NCBI GenBank assembly: GCA_043826435.1
Contig: JBDRQF010000037.1
Span: 32,001-96,000, forward strand
From: Elusimicrobiota bacterium
GTDB taxonomy: Bacteria > Elusimicrobiota > Endomicrobiia > CG1-02-37-114 > JAHJSO01
Reading direction: 5' to 3'
DNA: 64,000 nucleotides
This document shows, one piece after another, positions 46,442 through 56,338 of the stretch. Numbering within the stretch: the stretch's first letter is position 1; each line of letters starts with the position of its first letter. The position numbers and the translations under genes were made by a program. The notes beneath the pieces were generated by a model. The model ran no database searches and had not been told where the DNA came from. It was given only the letters and a program-made list of their open reading frames with translations.

Positions 46442-46627
46442 ATGAAGGTAACAGTTGACAAAGATTTGTGTACCGGATGCGGCCTGTGTATAGACACCTG
46501 TCCCGAGGTTTTTGAACTCCAGGGAGACGTTGCTATCGCAAAGGCCGAAACAGTCCCCGCCGGGCAGGAGTCAAAAGTAAAGGAATCAGCGGAAAATTGT
46601 CCCGTTGAGGCGATAAAAACAGAATAA
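46442..46627 (+). CDS. fdx: Monocluster [4Fe-4S] ferredoxin
   Basis: CTGCGLCIDTCPEVF...NCPVEAI; AGGAGG RBS. Confidence 0.93.
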   Translation: MKVTVDKDLCTGCGLCIDTCPEVFELQGDVAIAKAETVPAGQESKVKESAENCPVEAIKTE

Positions 46628-46665
46628 ATTTTAAACGAAAGAATAAACGGAGCGGCCGTCAGGCA

Positions 46666-47214
46666 ATGAAAGAAATAAGGATACATGCAAGAGCGGGACA
46701 GGGCGCGATAACCACCGCTGCGCTATTGGGGGATGCCGTATTTAGAATGGGCGGGTTCGCCTATGCTTTTCCCCATTTCGGCGCAGCAAGGATGGGAGCG
46801 CCGATGAACGCGTTTGTGCGGATGAACGACAAGCCGATACGTCTCAGGAGCCAGATAAAAGAACCCGACTACGTGATAGTCGTTGATGAAACCATAATGC
46901 ACGGCTCCAATGTTTTTTCAGGAATTAAACCGGGTGGCATAGTGATAATAAATTCAGCAGGGGAAATTACGCCCCCGCCGGAAAATAAGGAAATTAAAAT
47001 CCGGACAATCCCGGCGAGTAAGATTGCAGAGGAAATACTCGGCAGGCCGATAGGTAACACCGTCCTCTTAGGGGCATTTGCCTGCGCCACGGGTGAAGTG
47101 TCCCTTGAGGCGCTTGAGGACGCCGTTAAAAAACGTTTTTCAGTTAAGATAGCGGAGAAAAACATTGAGATGCTCCGCAGGGGATACAAGTCCTGCGGGC
47201 AGGGTAACCGGTAA
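46666..47214 (+). CDS. porC: Pyruvate/2-oxoacid:ferredoxin oxidoreductase gamma subunit
   Basis: EIRIHARAGQGA, FPHFGAARMGAP, NTVLLGA. Confidence 0.92.
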   Translation: MKEIRIHARAGQGAITTAALLGDAVFRMGGFAYAFPHFGAARMGAPMNAFVRMNDKPIRLRSQIKEPDYVIVVDETIMHGSNVFSGIKPGGIVIINSAGEITPPPENKEIKIRTIPASKIAEEILGRPIGNTVLLGAFACATGEVSLEALEDAVKKRFSVKIAEKNIEMLRRGYKSCGQGNR

Positions 47215-47278
47215 GTCGGGCGGCTATTCCCGTAGTCGTATTTTGGCAGGTTAAGGGCGCCGGCAGGTAATAAAGCAA

Positions 47279-47572
47279 ATGTTAATAGGTCCCATACTCG
47301 CAAAACCAAAAACGGGGTTAAAACATAAAACGGGCAGCTGGCGCACAGGTACCAAGCCGAAATTTTTACAGAAGAACTGCACTGCCTGCCGCCTGTGTTA
47401 TATGATATGCCCAGAAGGATGCATAAGCGCGAAGTTTATTTCAGACACGAAAGCGGAAAAGAATACGTTTCAGTCGGACTATGATTTTTGCAAGGGGTGC
47501 GGGAACTGCGTCGCCGTCTGCCCCAAAAAAGACATAATAATGGTCCCTGAAGAAGAAAAGACGCAAGGATAA
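47279..47572 (+). CDS. porD: Pyruvate/2-oxoacid:ferredoxin oxidoreductase delta subunit
   Basis: KTGSWRT, CTACRLCYMICP, CKGCGNCVAVCP. Confidence 0.92.
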   Translation: MLIGPILAKPKTGLKHKTGSWRTGTKPKFLQKNCTACRLCYMICPEGCISAKFISDTKAEKNTFQSDYDFCKGCGNCVAVCPKKDIIMVPEEEKTQG

Positions 47573-47575
47573 TAA

Positions 47576-48757
47576 ATGAAACAATTCCTGGAAGGCGCGA
47601 TAGCGATTGCAAGGACGGTAAAACTTACGAAACCCGGCGTTATTTCCGCCTATCCGATAACCCCGCAGACGCACATCGTTGAAGAACTCGCCCAACTGGT
47701 GGCTGACGGCGAACTCAAGTCGGAGTTTGTGAACGTTGAGAGCGAACACTCCGCTGCCAGCGTTGTGCTGGGGGCGTCCGCTTCAGGCGTAAGAGCATAT
47801 ACCTCAACGAGCTCCCAGGGGCTGCTGCTTATGGCTGAGGTGGTTTTCAACATCGCGGGCATGCGCCTGCCTCTCGTGATGTGCTGCGTCAACAGGGCGA
47901 TTTCAGCCCCGATAAACATCTGGAACGACCACCAGGACTCAATGGCGGTCAGGGACAGCGGATGGTTCCAGTTCTTCGCAGAGAACGTCCAGGAAGCGGT
48001 AGACCTCCACGTATTCGGGTGCCGGCTCTCCGAGGACAACAGGGTACTTCTGCCCGTTATGGTGTGCATTGACGGGTACATTTTAAGTCACGGGTATGAG
48101 GTCGTTGATTTGCCGGAACAGGAACAGGTTGACAGTTTTCTCAGGCCCTACAACCTGCCTTTTAAACTTGACGTTGAAAAACCGTTAACCCTCGGCGTGC
48201 TCGCTTCACCTGATTTTTACACGGAAACCAGATACGCAATACAGGAGACGATGGCCTCGGCTGAAGGCGTTATGCAGGAACTGGCGGGTGAATTCAAAAA
48301 AGTATTCTCCCGTGAAATAAAATTCGTTGAGACATACAAACTGGAAGGGGCAAGCAAGGCAATCATAGCCATGGGGTCAATTTGCGGCACAATAAAAGAA
48401 GCAATTGACGATATGCAGAAAGACGGGATAAAGGTCGGGCTTGTTAAAATAGTCGGTTACCGGCCGTTCCCCGAAAAGGAATTGATGAGGGCCTTAAAGG
48501 GTATTCCGGAAATAGCAGTGGTTGATAAGTCAATATCATTGGGTTCAAAAAGCCCGTTGTTCCTGGAGATAAGATCGCTGTTCCAGGGGCAGGCACCTGC
48601 GCCGAAGATAAGCGGATTTGTGATGGGTTTAGGCGGGAGGGACATATCAAAGGCCGACATATCCGGAATCGTTGAGATGCTCTCAAAAGAACAGTCCGAC
48701 GCTAAATTTATAGGGATTAAGCCGGAAAATTTGTTCAGGGACATAAAGGATATATGA
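47576..48757 (+). CDS. porA: Pyruvate/2-oxoacid:ferredoxin oxidoreductase alpha subunit
   Basis: AYPITPQT, VESEHSA, TSSQGLLLM, NRAISAPINIWNDHQD. Confidence 0.95.
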   Translation: MKQFLEGAIAIARTVKLTKPGVISAYPITPQTHIVEELAQLVADGELKSEFVNVESEHSAASVVLGASASGVRAYTSTSSQGLLLMAEVVFNIAGMRLPLVMCCVNRAISAPINIWNDHQDSMAVRDSGWFQFFAENVQEAVDLHVFGCRLSEDNRVLLPVMVCIDGYILSHGYEVVDLPEQEQVDSFLRPYNLPFKLDVEKPLTLGVLASPDFYTETRYAIQETMASAEGVMQELAGEFKKVFSREIKFVETYKLEGASKAIIAMGSICGTIKEAIDDMQKDGIKVGLVKIVGYRPFPEKELMRALKGIPEIAVVDKSISLGSKSPLFLEIRSLFQGQAPAPKISGFVMGLGGRDISKADISGIVEMLSKEQSDAKFIGIKPENLFRDIKDI

Positions 48758-49713
48758 AACAATCTTTTGTAAGCGGTCATACTGCATGCGGCGGTTGTGG
48801 ACAGGCGATGGCTGCAAAACTTATAATAAACGCAATCGGCTCAAACGCAATAGTTGCAAATGCCACCGGCTGTCTTGAGGTGTTCAGCGCCGGCTACCCG
48901 CATTCGTCATGGGGCGTGCCGTTTATCCATTCGCTTTTTGAAAACGCCGCTGCCGTTGCCAGCGGGATTGAATCAGCCATGAAACACTTGGGCAGGGAAG
49001 ACATTACCGTTATCTCCGAGGCGGGCGACGGCGGGACGGGTGACATCGGGCTGCAGGCGCTTTCAGGAATGTGGGAGAGGGGGCAAAACATTCTCTCAAT
49101 ATGTTATGACAACGAAGCGTATATGAACACGGGAATACAGAGGAGCGGGCTTACGCCTCTGAACGCCAATACCACGACGAGTCCTTCAGGTAAAGAATCA
49201 ACGGGTAACTGGAGGCCGAAGAAAAACCTGCCTGAGATTGCCGTAGCACACAACTGTGTTTATGTCGCCACAGCAAGTGTTGGTTATCCTGCCGACCTGC
49301 AGAGAAAGGTAAAGAAGGCGGTTTCAATGCGGGGGCCGAAATACCTGCATGTCTTCGTGCCGTGCCCGCTGGGCTGGAGGCACGACCAGTCACTCACTTA
49401 CGAAATTTCACGCGCAGCCGTCCAGACGGGATTGGTCCCTCTGATGGAATATGAGAATGGAGTTCGGACTTCGGTTTTTTCGCTTACGGAAGCGAGGCCC
49501 GTGGAGGATTACCTTAAGCCGCAGGGCAGGTTCGCCCATTTGTTTAAAGATACCCCGGTCGCCAAAGCAGAACTTGAAAGAGTAAGAAAGATAGCAAACC
49601 ACAACGTAGAGAAATACGGTTTACTCAAAAAAACCAGCCGGCCCGTTTCCCAGCCCGCATCCCAGCCCGTTTCCCAGCCCGCATCCCAACCCGCCGAAGA
49701 TAAAACATCTTGA
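48754..49713 (+). CDS. porB: Pyruvate/2-oxoacid:ferredoxin oxidoreductase beta subunit
   Basis: GHTACGGCG, ATGCLEV, GDGG...DNEAYMNTG (TPP motif), PCPLGW. Confidence 0.95.
   Translation: MKQSFVSGHTACGGCGQAMAAKLIINAIGSNAIVANATGCLEVFSAGYPHSSWGVPFIHSLFENAAAVASGIESAMKHLGREDITVISEAGDGGTGDIGLQALSGMWERGQNILSICYDNEAYMNTGIQRSGLTPLNANTTTSPSGKESTGNWRPKKNLPEIAVAHNCVYVATASVGYPADLQRKVKKAVSMRGPKYLHVFVPCPLGWRHDQSLTYEISRAAVQTGLVPLMEYENGVRTSVFSLTEARPVEDYLKPQGRFAHLFKDTPVAKAELERVRKIANHNVEKYGLLKKTSRPVSQPASQPVSQPASQPAEDKTS
49641..49688 (+). repeat. Tandem repeat in the porB tail
   Basis: (GCCCGTTTCCCA GCCCGCATCCCA)x2, encoding PVSQPASQ twice. Confidence 0.9.
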
Positions 49714-49778
49714 AGGATTTAAAACCATTATGAAACAGAAAAAATGGTGCAATATTTAACACAGGGGCGTGTAAATGT

Positions 49779-50417
49779 ATGAATAAAGTTGCATTGATTG
49801 CGATATACGGGAGTCCGAGGGAAAACGGAAATTCCGACATGCTGCTGAATGAATTTCTGAAAGGTGCAGAAGCGTCGTCGCATGCCCCCCATACCGTTGA
49901 GAGGATTTTTGCAAGAAAATTCAACATAACGGCCTGCAGGGGGTGCCACGCGTGCGGTGTCACCGGAACATGCATAGTCAGTGACGATATGGCCGGTTTA
50001 TATAAAAAACTTGAACAGGCGGACTGCATGGTGGTTTCGTCACCGATTTTTTTCTACGGAGTTCCTTCGCAGTTGAAAGCCATCATTGACAGGACGCAGG
50101 CATTCTGGGCGGGGAAATACAGGGTGGAAAATCCCGACCCGTCCACTGGACGGGTGCCCCGCGGGTGCCCCGCGGGTGCCCCGCGGGTGCCACGAGACAT
50201 CGGGGGCCAGCAGCGTACGGGGATTTTTCTGGCAGTGTGTGCAAGCAAGGGGCAGAAGGTTTTTGACGGCGCAAAACTCACAATCCGGTATTTTTTTGAT
50301 GCATGCGGTTTTGAATACAAGCATGAACTTTTCGTCAGGGGCGTTGAATTGAAAGGGGACATTCTCTCCAGGACGGATGACATGAGGGTAGCGTATGAAC
50401 TTGGAAAAAATCTGTGA
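49779..50417 (+). CDS. Iron-sulfur flavoprotein / NADPH-dependent FMN reductase family
   Basis: GSPRENGNS, CRGCHAC...C, SPIFFY, LKAIIDR. Confidence 0.88.
   Translation: MNKVALIAIYGSPRENGNSDMLLNEFLKGAEASSHAPHTVERIFARKFNITACRGCHACGVTGTCIVSDDMAGLYKKLEQADCMVVSSPIFFYGVPSQLKAIIDRTQAFWAGKYRVENPDPSTGRVPRGCPAGAPRVPRDIGGQQRTGIFLAVCASKGQKVFDGAKLTIRYFFDACGFEYKHELFVRGVELKGDILSRTDDMRVAYELGKNL
50129..50195. repeat. Family A palindrome plus four 11-bp tandem units inside the flavoprotein gene
   Basis: CCCGTCCA-C-TGGACGGG hairpin; (CGGGTGCCCCG)x3 plus CGGGTGCCACG at 50151-50194. Confidence 0.88.
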
Positions 50418-50448
50418 AGTTGCACCGAACACTGATGCAACATTTAAT

Positions 50449-51246
50449 ATGGGAATGTACAAACATATGTGTGAAGTTGCACTGGTTTCTGCAAAAGAGG
50501 CAGGCAGGGTTTTAATCAGATATTTCAGGAAAGGTGTCCCGGTAAAATATAAAACGGCAAGGAATCCGGTGACCATAGCCGACCACCTTTCGCAGAAAAG
50601 AATTGTTCGTTTGATAAAGAGGTCTTTCCCGGATCACAAAACAATATGCGAAGAATCATCGGATGAATGCGCGACAAAACCGTCGCACGGAGAGTCAGAG
50701 TATTCATGGGTGATAGACCCGCTTGACGGGACGGTTAATTTCATACACGGGCTCGCCCAGTTTTGCGTTTCCATAGGCGTCCTGCACAGGGATGAGCCGG
50801 TCGTAGGGGTCATATACAACCCCGTTACCAATGAACTTTTTTCAGCCGTAAAAGGCGTGGGGACTTACAGGAACGGACGCAGGGTGTATGTTTCATCAAC
50901 CGCCACATTAAACAAGTCATTGCTCGTTACGGGCTTCCCGTATTATGTCGTCGGAAAATCCCGCAGGGTTATGAGAAATATGAACAGGTTTATTGTGAGG
51001 ACCGAGGGCGTCCGGCGGCTCGGCTCAGCGGCGCTTGACATGGCTTATGTCGCCTGCGGGACTTTTGACGGGTTCTGGGAGGAGGGGTTAAACCCCTGGG
51101 ACGTGGCTGCAGGGACGATAATTGTATCCGAAGCAGGGGGGAAGGTTACTGATTATTCAGGTAAAAATAAATTTATGTTCGGCCGTGAAATGGTTGCATC
51201 TAACGGAAAGATACACAACGCGATAGTCAGGGTTTTGAACAGTTAG
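50449..51246 (+). CDS. suhB: Inositol monophosphatase family (start uncertain; ORF opens at 50395)
   Basis: VTIAD, CEES, WVIDPLDGTVNF, RRLGSAALD, WDVAAG. Confidence 0.92.
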   Translation: MGMYKHMCEVALVSAKEAGRVLIRYFRKGVPVKYKTARNPVTIADHLSQKRIVRLIKRSFPDHKTICEESSDECATKPSHGESEYSWVIDPLDGTVNFIHGLAQFCVSIGVLHRDEPVVGVIYNPVTNELFSAVKGVGTYRNGRRVYVSSTATLNKSLLVTGFPYYVVGKSRRVMRNMNRFIVRTEGVRRLGSAALDMAYVACGTFDGFWEEGLNPWDVAAGTIIVSEAGGKVTDYSGKNKFMFGREMVASNGKIHNAIVRVLNS

Positions 51247-51253
51247 AAACAGA

Positions 51254-51279
51254 GTGGCGCCCGTCCGGTGGACGGGCCG
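51254..51279. repeat. Family A palindrome, intergenic copy
   Basis: GTGGCGCCCGTCCGGTGGACGGGCCG. Confidence 0.65.
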
Positions 51280-51349
51280 TGCGACGGGGATAGATTGGGT
51301 TGTGTCGCCGTTAGCGCATGCAGGGTGCGGCCTCATGGGGGGGGGAATT

Positions 51350-51673
51350 ATGGCAGAGGTAATTTTAACGGAGCAGAATTTTAAGCAGGAAGTACTGGAT
51401 GCAGGCGGCGTTGTGCTGGTTGATTTCTGGGCGGAGTGGTGCGGTCCGTGCCGCACGATGGGGCCCGTGATTTCCGAACTTGCCGTGGAGTTTGAGGGGA
51501 AGGCAAAGATATGCAAGCTCAACGTTGAGGAAAACCAGAAACTTTCGGGGGATTACAGCGTGATGGCCATACCTACATTGCTGATTTTCAAGGGTGGCAA
51601 GCAAGTTGACCGGCTCGTCGGAGCGCAGTCAAAACAGGCGCTGGCGAACAAAATTAACCAGTACCTTCGGTAA
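51350..51673 (+). CDS. trxA: Thioredoxin
   Basis: VLVDFWAEWCGPC, AIPT. Confidence 0.95.
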   Translation: MAEVILTEQNFKQEVLDAGGVVLVDFWAEWCGPCRTMGPVISELAVEFEGKAKICKLNVEENQKLSGDYSVMAIPTLLIFKGGKQVDRLVGAQSKQALANKINQYLR

Positions 51674-51689
51674 TAACCGATGCAGACCT

Positions 51690-51728
51690 TTCGTAAAATG
51701 TCTTTGTAAGATGTCTTCATAAGATGTT
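51690..51728. repeat. Three imperfect 13-bp tandem repeats between convergent trxA and ispE
   Basis: TTCGTAAAATGTC TTTGTAAGATGTC TTCATAAGATGTT. Confidence 0.7.
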
Positions 51729-51739
51729 TTCGCGCCGGT

Positions 51740-52663
51740 TTAAAGTGTTTTGATAACCAGGATGGTATAGGGTGGTTTAAATATTTTCTTCAGCGAAGCG
51801 CCTGCCGAAATGGCGCCGTCCCTTTTAGTGAAAATCCCGAAAACCGCCGAACCGCTGCCTGTCATCAGGGAAGCGAATGCCCCTGCAGCGTCCAGCGCCT
51901 TTTTGATTCTGTCTATCTCAGGATGAACCGCCGCCACGGCCCTTTCAAGGTCGTTTATGAATACGATGTCACCTGTTGATATAGGCGTCCGTTTTTTTAT
52001 TTTCCGGATTACCATGCGGTTCGCCATATCCCCGGTGTCTTTTTTTGCACTCCCGTATAAATCCCATCTCCCGTACGCCCCCGACGTTGACGACTGAAAT
52101 GGCGGATGGACGAGCACCAGCCACAGCGGTTTTTTCTCCCATAACGCCCGCGCCCCGGTTATCTTTTCGCCGATACCCTCCGCCAGGCAGCATCCGTTGT
52201 GCAGGAAAAAAGGGACGTCCGCCCCCAGTTCCGATGCGATCTTTTGTATTTTACGCGCTCCGGCATTGAAGCGCAGCATTTTGCACAGTCCTTTTATTAC
52301 CGCTGCAGCGTCGGAAGAACCGCCTCCCATCCCTGACCCGGCAGGAATATTTTTCGCAACCCTTATCCTTATGCCCGTTTTTTTGCCCGACAATTCCGCG
52401 ATACGGACGGCTGCCCTGTATGCAAGGTTTTTTTCCTTCGGCGGTTTCGGTTCGCCGTGCATCAGGTTTTCAGGCCATGTGCATTCAAAGTTTATGCCGT
52501 TTTTGAGCGCGGGTTTGTACGCAGGTTTGCGCGCGACAGATATTTCAATTTCATCGCACAGCCCCACGGGTTGCATCAGCGTCGCCAGGTTGTGGTAGCC
52601 GTCTTTTCTTTTGCCGCGGATTTCCAGAAAAAGGTTTAATTTCGCCGGCGCCTTAATTTTCAT
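51740..52663 (-). CDS. ispE: 4-diphosphocytidyl-2-C-methyl-D-erythritol kinase
   Basis: APAKLNLFL, DGYH, KNIPAGSGMGGGSSDAA, LGADVPFF, MTGSGS. Confidence 0.95.
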   Translation of the reverse strand: MKIKAPAKLNLFLEIRGKRKDGYHNLATLMQPVGLCDEIEISVARKPAYKPALKNGINFECTWPENLMHGEPKPPKEKNLAYRAAVRIAELSGKKTGIRIRVAKNIPAGSGMGGGSSDAAAVIKGLCKMLRFNAGARKIQKIASELGADVPFFLHNGCCLAEGIGEKITGARALWEKKPLWLVLVHPPFQSSTSGAYGRWDLYGSAKKDTGDMANRMVIRKIKKRTPISTGDIVFINDLERAVAAVHPEIDRIKKALDAAGAFASLMTGSGSAVFGIFTKRDGAISAGASLKKIFKPPYTILVIKTL

Positions 52664-52664
52664 C

Positions 52665-54215
52665 TTAGTTTATTTTCCGTTTTAATTTCTTGTTTTCAGG
52701 GTCAAGCGTCAGGGCTTTCCTGTACCACTGTTGCGCAGGCCCGTCGTTGCCGAGGGCGGTTTCTATGTCCCCCATGTGTTCATATACTACGGGGTCTTCC
52801 AATTTAGCCGCCGCTTCCAGCAGGTATTTTTTTGCCTTGACGTAATCGCCCTTTTTAAAATATACCCAGCCGAGCGAATCAAGGTATGCCCCGTTTTCCG
52901 GTTCCATTTCAAGCGCCGACTCTATAAGCTCCGCAGCCTCGTCAAGTTCCATGCCCCTTTCTGCAAATGAGTACCCTAAATAATTCATTGCAGTTGAATT
53001 CTTGGGGTTTAGTTTTATTGCCTTTCTGAAGTGCGTCACCGCCTTGTCAAACTTTTTCGTCTGGTCGTATATCACTCCAAGGTAGAAATATGCCTCCGAG
53101 AGCTGTGGGTTTAATTTTATGCATTCCAGTAAATGACTTTCCGCCTTTTTATACCTTTTAATATCCATGTAGCCGAGCCCGAGAAAGAAGTGAATTTCAG
53201 GGCTCTTAGCGTCTTTTTTAAGCGCCCTCTGCAGGGTATCTATCGCTTTTGGGGCGTCCTTTACCTGCGTGTAATAATAACTCAACCGCAGGTATGAGAC
53301 GACGTCCGGCTGTAAATCAATTGATTTCCGGATGTATTGTATGGCTTCGTGCCATAATTTTTTTTCTTCGTAAAGAATGGCAAGCCAGAAAAAAGCGGAT
53401 GACTCGCGGGGAGCGATTTCAATCGCCTTCCTGAAGGACTCTTCCGCCTTGGCATGTTCGCCCGCAAGGAAATAGAGCCCGCCTGCCCTCATATGGAGCA
53501 CGTGGTTATTCGGTTCAAGTTGCGCAGTCCTGTGCAGTTCTTCCGCAGCAGGGACGAATTGCTTCTGGTGTTCATAGAGTTCCGAAAGGGTAAGGTGCAG
53601 GAGCACGTCCTCCGGTTTGTTCTTTATCGCCGATTTCAGCAGTTCTTCCGCCTCATTATTTTTTTTGAGTTTGATGAGTGTCAATGCCTTTCTGTAATAC
53701 GCCTCGGATTCGTCAGGGCTGAATTTTATGTATGAGTCCCAGTAATAGAGAGCCTTTTCAGGGTCTATCTGGTTGTATATACTCGCAAGTGTAAGGATGG
53801 CGTCCTTGTTATCGGGTTGTTCTTTGAGGACTTCATCATAAACGTTTATGGCTGAAGTCGTATCGTTTATTATGACGTAAAACGTGCCGAGGAAAAGTTT
53901 TGTTTCAAGGTTGTCCGCGAGCCCACTGAATATGTTTGCGAGCGCCCTTGCCTTTTCTATCCTGCCCGTCTGCAGATAAATAAGGATAAGTTCCCTGTAA
54001 GCCGCAACGGCGTTGGTGTCGTGTTCAATTGTCCTTTCAAATTCATATTGCGCCTTTGTCAGGTTCCCGTCCCTGAGATGGACCAGCCCCTGTAAATAGT
54101 GTGAGTAGGACGTGTATTTTGTCCGGGTTATCTCAACGCAATGAGACGGCGCCCGTGAAAGTACGGCAAAAGAAACAGAAATGCAGGCGAGTAAAAAAAC
54201 GGAATTTTTTCTCAT
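52665..54215 (-). CDS. Exported TPR-repeat protein
   Basis: Signal peptide, multiple TPRs, NYLGYSFAERG...YLDSLGWVYFKKG. Confidence 0.9.
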   Translation of the reverse strand: MRKNSVFLLACISVSFAVLSRAPSHCVEITRTKYTSYSHYLQGLVHLRDGNLTKAQYEFERTIEHDTNAVAAYRELILIYLQTGRIEKARALANIFSGLADNLETKLFLGTFYVIINDTTSAINVYDEVLKEQPDNKDAILTLASIYNQIDPEKALYYWDSYIKFSPDESEAYYRKALTLIKLKKNNEAEELLKSAIKNKPEDVLLHLTLSELYEHQKQFVPAAEELHRTAQLEPNNHVLHMRAGGLYFLAGEHAKAEESFRKAIEIAPRESSAFFWLAILYEEKKLWHEAIQYIRKSIDLQPDVVSYLRLSYYYTQVKDAPKAIDTLQRALKKDAKSPEIHFFLGLGYMDIKRYKKAESHLLECIKLNPQLSEAYFYLGVIYDQTKKFDKAVTHFRKAIKLNPKNSTAMNYLGYSFAERGMELDEAAELIESALEMEPENGAYLDSLGWVYFKKGDYVKAKKYLLEAAAKLEDPVVYEHMGDIETALGNDGPAQQWYRKALTLDPENKKLKRKIN

Positions 54216-54233
54216 TACATTATGTGTCAGATT

Positions 54234-55280
54234 TCATATCTTCCCCGCAAGTGCAAGCCGTATTGCCGATGCCATGCCCGAGCAATCGGCGATGTTTTTA
54301 CCCGCAATGTCAAAAGCAGTGCCATGTCCCGGTGACGTCCTTATGAACGGAAGGCCGCAGGTAAGGTTTACAAAATTCCATTGATACAGAATTCTCAGGG
54401 GCACCATCGCCTGGTCATGGTAGTGGCACACAATCAGCGTTTCCATCGGAGGTATCTGTGCTTCCTGTAGACGGGCAGGCGTTCCCCGCGGCGTCCGTGT
54501 TCCACGCATCGCCATCCCCGTCGGGCTCAGGAATGCTGTCTCGCATGAGACAGGGCCGTGGACACTGAACCCCATGGCTTTAAGCGCACGGACGGCAGGC
54601 GTCATAACATTCTTTTCTTCCCTGCCTGAATTTCCTCCTTCGCCGAGATGGGGGTTTAAACCGCACATGATGACCTTCTTTAACCTTTTCCCGAAGCGGT
54701 CCCGGACGGTGGACCCCACTACCTTTACCTGTTCCGTAATTTCTTTCCGTGATATTGAACCGGCAACATCACCCAAAGGGATATGACGGGTTACCAGTAA
54801 AACCATGTGTCTTGATGAAGCCATCACCATCGCGATTTTTTTGACGTCGCAAAGTCCTGCAATATATTCCGTATGTCCGCTGAATTTAATGCCGCTCCCT
54901 GTTATTTTTTCTTTGGACACGGGAGCGGTAACAAGGGGGATTTTACCCTTCCCGGCTATGCAAATCCGTGTAGCCGTCCTGACGTACTCAACCCCCGTCC
55001 TGCCCGGTAAATGGACAACGTTCATTGCTCTGCGCCCATGCAATCCATATAACCCCGGTGTTGACGGTTGCAGGACGGCGTCTGCATCTATCCCGGCCAA
55101 CTTCAACCGGCCGGCAGGCGCAATACCGGATGCCTTTTTCATTATGTCAATATTGCCGATTACCACCGGGATGCAGACATCAAAAAGGGATTTTTCCTTC
55201 AGGAATGATTTAACGATAATCTCAGGCCCCACACCATCGGGGTCGCCCATTGTAATCAATAAAACAGGGAGGGGTTTCAT
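54234..55280 (-). CDS. pdxA: 4-hydroxythreonine-4-phosphate dehydrogenase
   Basis: TMGDPDGVGPEI, GHTE, NPH, YHDQ, PFIRTSPGHGTAFDIAG. Confidence 0.93.
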   Translation of the reverse strand: MKPLPVLLITMGDPDGVGPEIIVKSFLKEKSLFDVCIPVVIGNIDIMKKASGIAPAGRLKLAGIDADAVLQPSTPGLYGLHGRRAMNVVHLPGRTGVEYVRTATRICIAGKGKIPLVTAPVSKEKITGSGIKFSGHTEYIAGLCDVKKIAMVMASSRHMVLLVTRHIPLGDVAGSISRKEITEQVKVVGSTVRDRFGKRLKKVIMCGLNPHLGEGGNSGREEKNVMTPAVRALKAMGFSVHGPVSCETAFLSPTGMAMRGTRTPRGTPARLQEAQIPPMETLIVCHYHDQAMVPLRILYQWNFVNLTCGLPFIRTSPGHGTAFDIAGKNIADCSGMASAIRLALAGKI

Positions 55281-56338
55281 TCAATAGGGTTGATTTTAAC
55301 GGATGCCTTTGCCCTGAGGCCCTTAATCCAGGAGGCATATTTTTTTTCTGCTGCCTTCTGCATGAGATATTCGGAAAGGTCGTTCTGGACGAGTTCCAGC
55401 GAAACCTTCTGCGCCGCTTTCTTTTCTTCAAGCATTATTAAATGATAACCGAATTCCGTTCGGACAATATCGGACATTTCACCCACACCGAGAGAGAAGG
55501 CGGCCTTTTCAAATTCAGGCACCATGTCTCCCCTCGTAAAGTATCCGAGGTCTCCCCCGTTCCTGGCGCTGCCCTTGTCGTCGGAATGTTTTTGCGCGAG
55601 TTCTAAAAAGTCCTCGCCCTTTTTTACCTTCTCTTTTATTTCTTCAATTTTCTTTCTTGCCGCCGTCTGCTCGCTCATAGATGAGTCAGCCGACGTCCTT
55701 ATTAATACATGCCTCGCCCTGATCCTCTCGTTAAAATTCTTTTTTATAATCCGGGCGATGGTTTCTATGTCCTTTTTGTCGTCCTCGCTCTCGTCTTTAA
55801 GTTCCTGGCCGTCAAGGACCTTTTTTATTTTTCCGAAAAGCGACCGGATTTCCGAATCGCCGGGGGGAGTGACCTTTGATTTTATTTCCAGGTCAATCAA
55901 TTTTAACGCCATCAGTTGTTCTTCTATTTTCTCGTTGAATTTTTTTTCCGTGATTTTTTCCTTCAGCAACTCCGCCTTAAATTCCGCGTCATTTTTGAAT
56001 CTGGATTTTATGTGGGCCATTCCCTGCTCAAGTTCCCTCTTTGATATTTTTATCCGGACGTCCTTTTTCGCCTGCTGAAGGAGGAGGCGGTCGTTAATTA
56101 GCTGGTCAAGTATATTCTGCTTTAGTTCTTTTATCTTGTCGTCCGTTAACTCCGTTTGAGACGCCTGCGCCCGGTATATTTCCACCGTAGGGCCTGTAAT
56201 TTTTTCAAGGTCAGAGAGGAGGATATGCTCCCCGTTCACTATGGCGACCGTCCTGTCAATAACCTCCGCCGAATCAAGGGTCGTATGGATAAGTGCCCCG
56301 GCAAGGGCGCAGGCAAGAAAAAATAATTTTGTTTTCAT
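55277..56338 (-). CDS. surA: SurA-like parvulin peptidyl-prolyl isomerase
   Basis: IDRTVAIVNG, RARHVLI, FLELAQKHSDD...GGDLG, FGYHLI. Confidence 0.85.
   Translation of the reverse strand: MKTKLFFLACALAGALIHTTLDSAEVIDRTVAIVNGEHILLSDLEKITGPTVEIYRAQASQTELTDDKIKELKQNILDQLINDRLLLQQAKKDVRIKISKRELEQGMAHIKSRFKNDAEFKAELLKEKITEKKFNEKIEEQLMALKLIDLEIKSKVTPPGDSEIRSLFGKIKKVLDGQELKDESEDDKKDIETIARIIKKNFNERIRARHVLIRTSADSSMSEQTAARKKIEEIKEKVKKGEDFLELAQKHSDDKGSARNGGDLGYFTRGDMVPEFEKAAFSLGVGEMSDIVRTEFGYHLIMLEEKKAAQKVSLELVQNDLSEYLMQKAAEKKYASWIKGLRAKASVKINPIE

Noticed and set aside
50413..50482. 13-bp direct repeat TGTGAAGTTGCAC at the suhB start
   Set aside because: Only two copies; most simply another local duplication, no evidence for an operator
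51254..51349. N-terminal extension of trxA (MAPVRWTG...)
   Set aside because: Derived from a family A repeat; the thioredoxin fold starts at 51350
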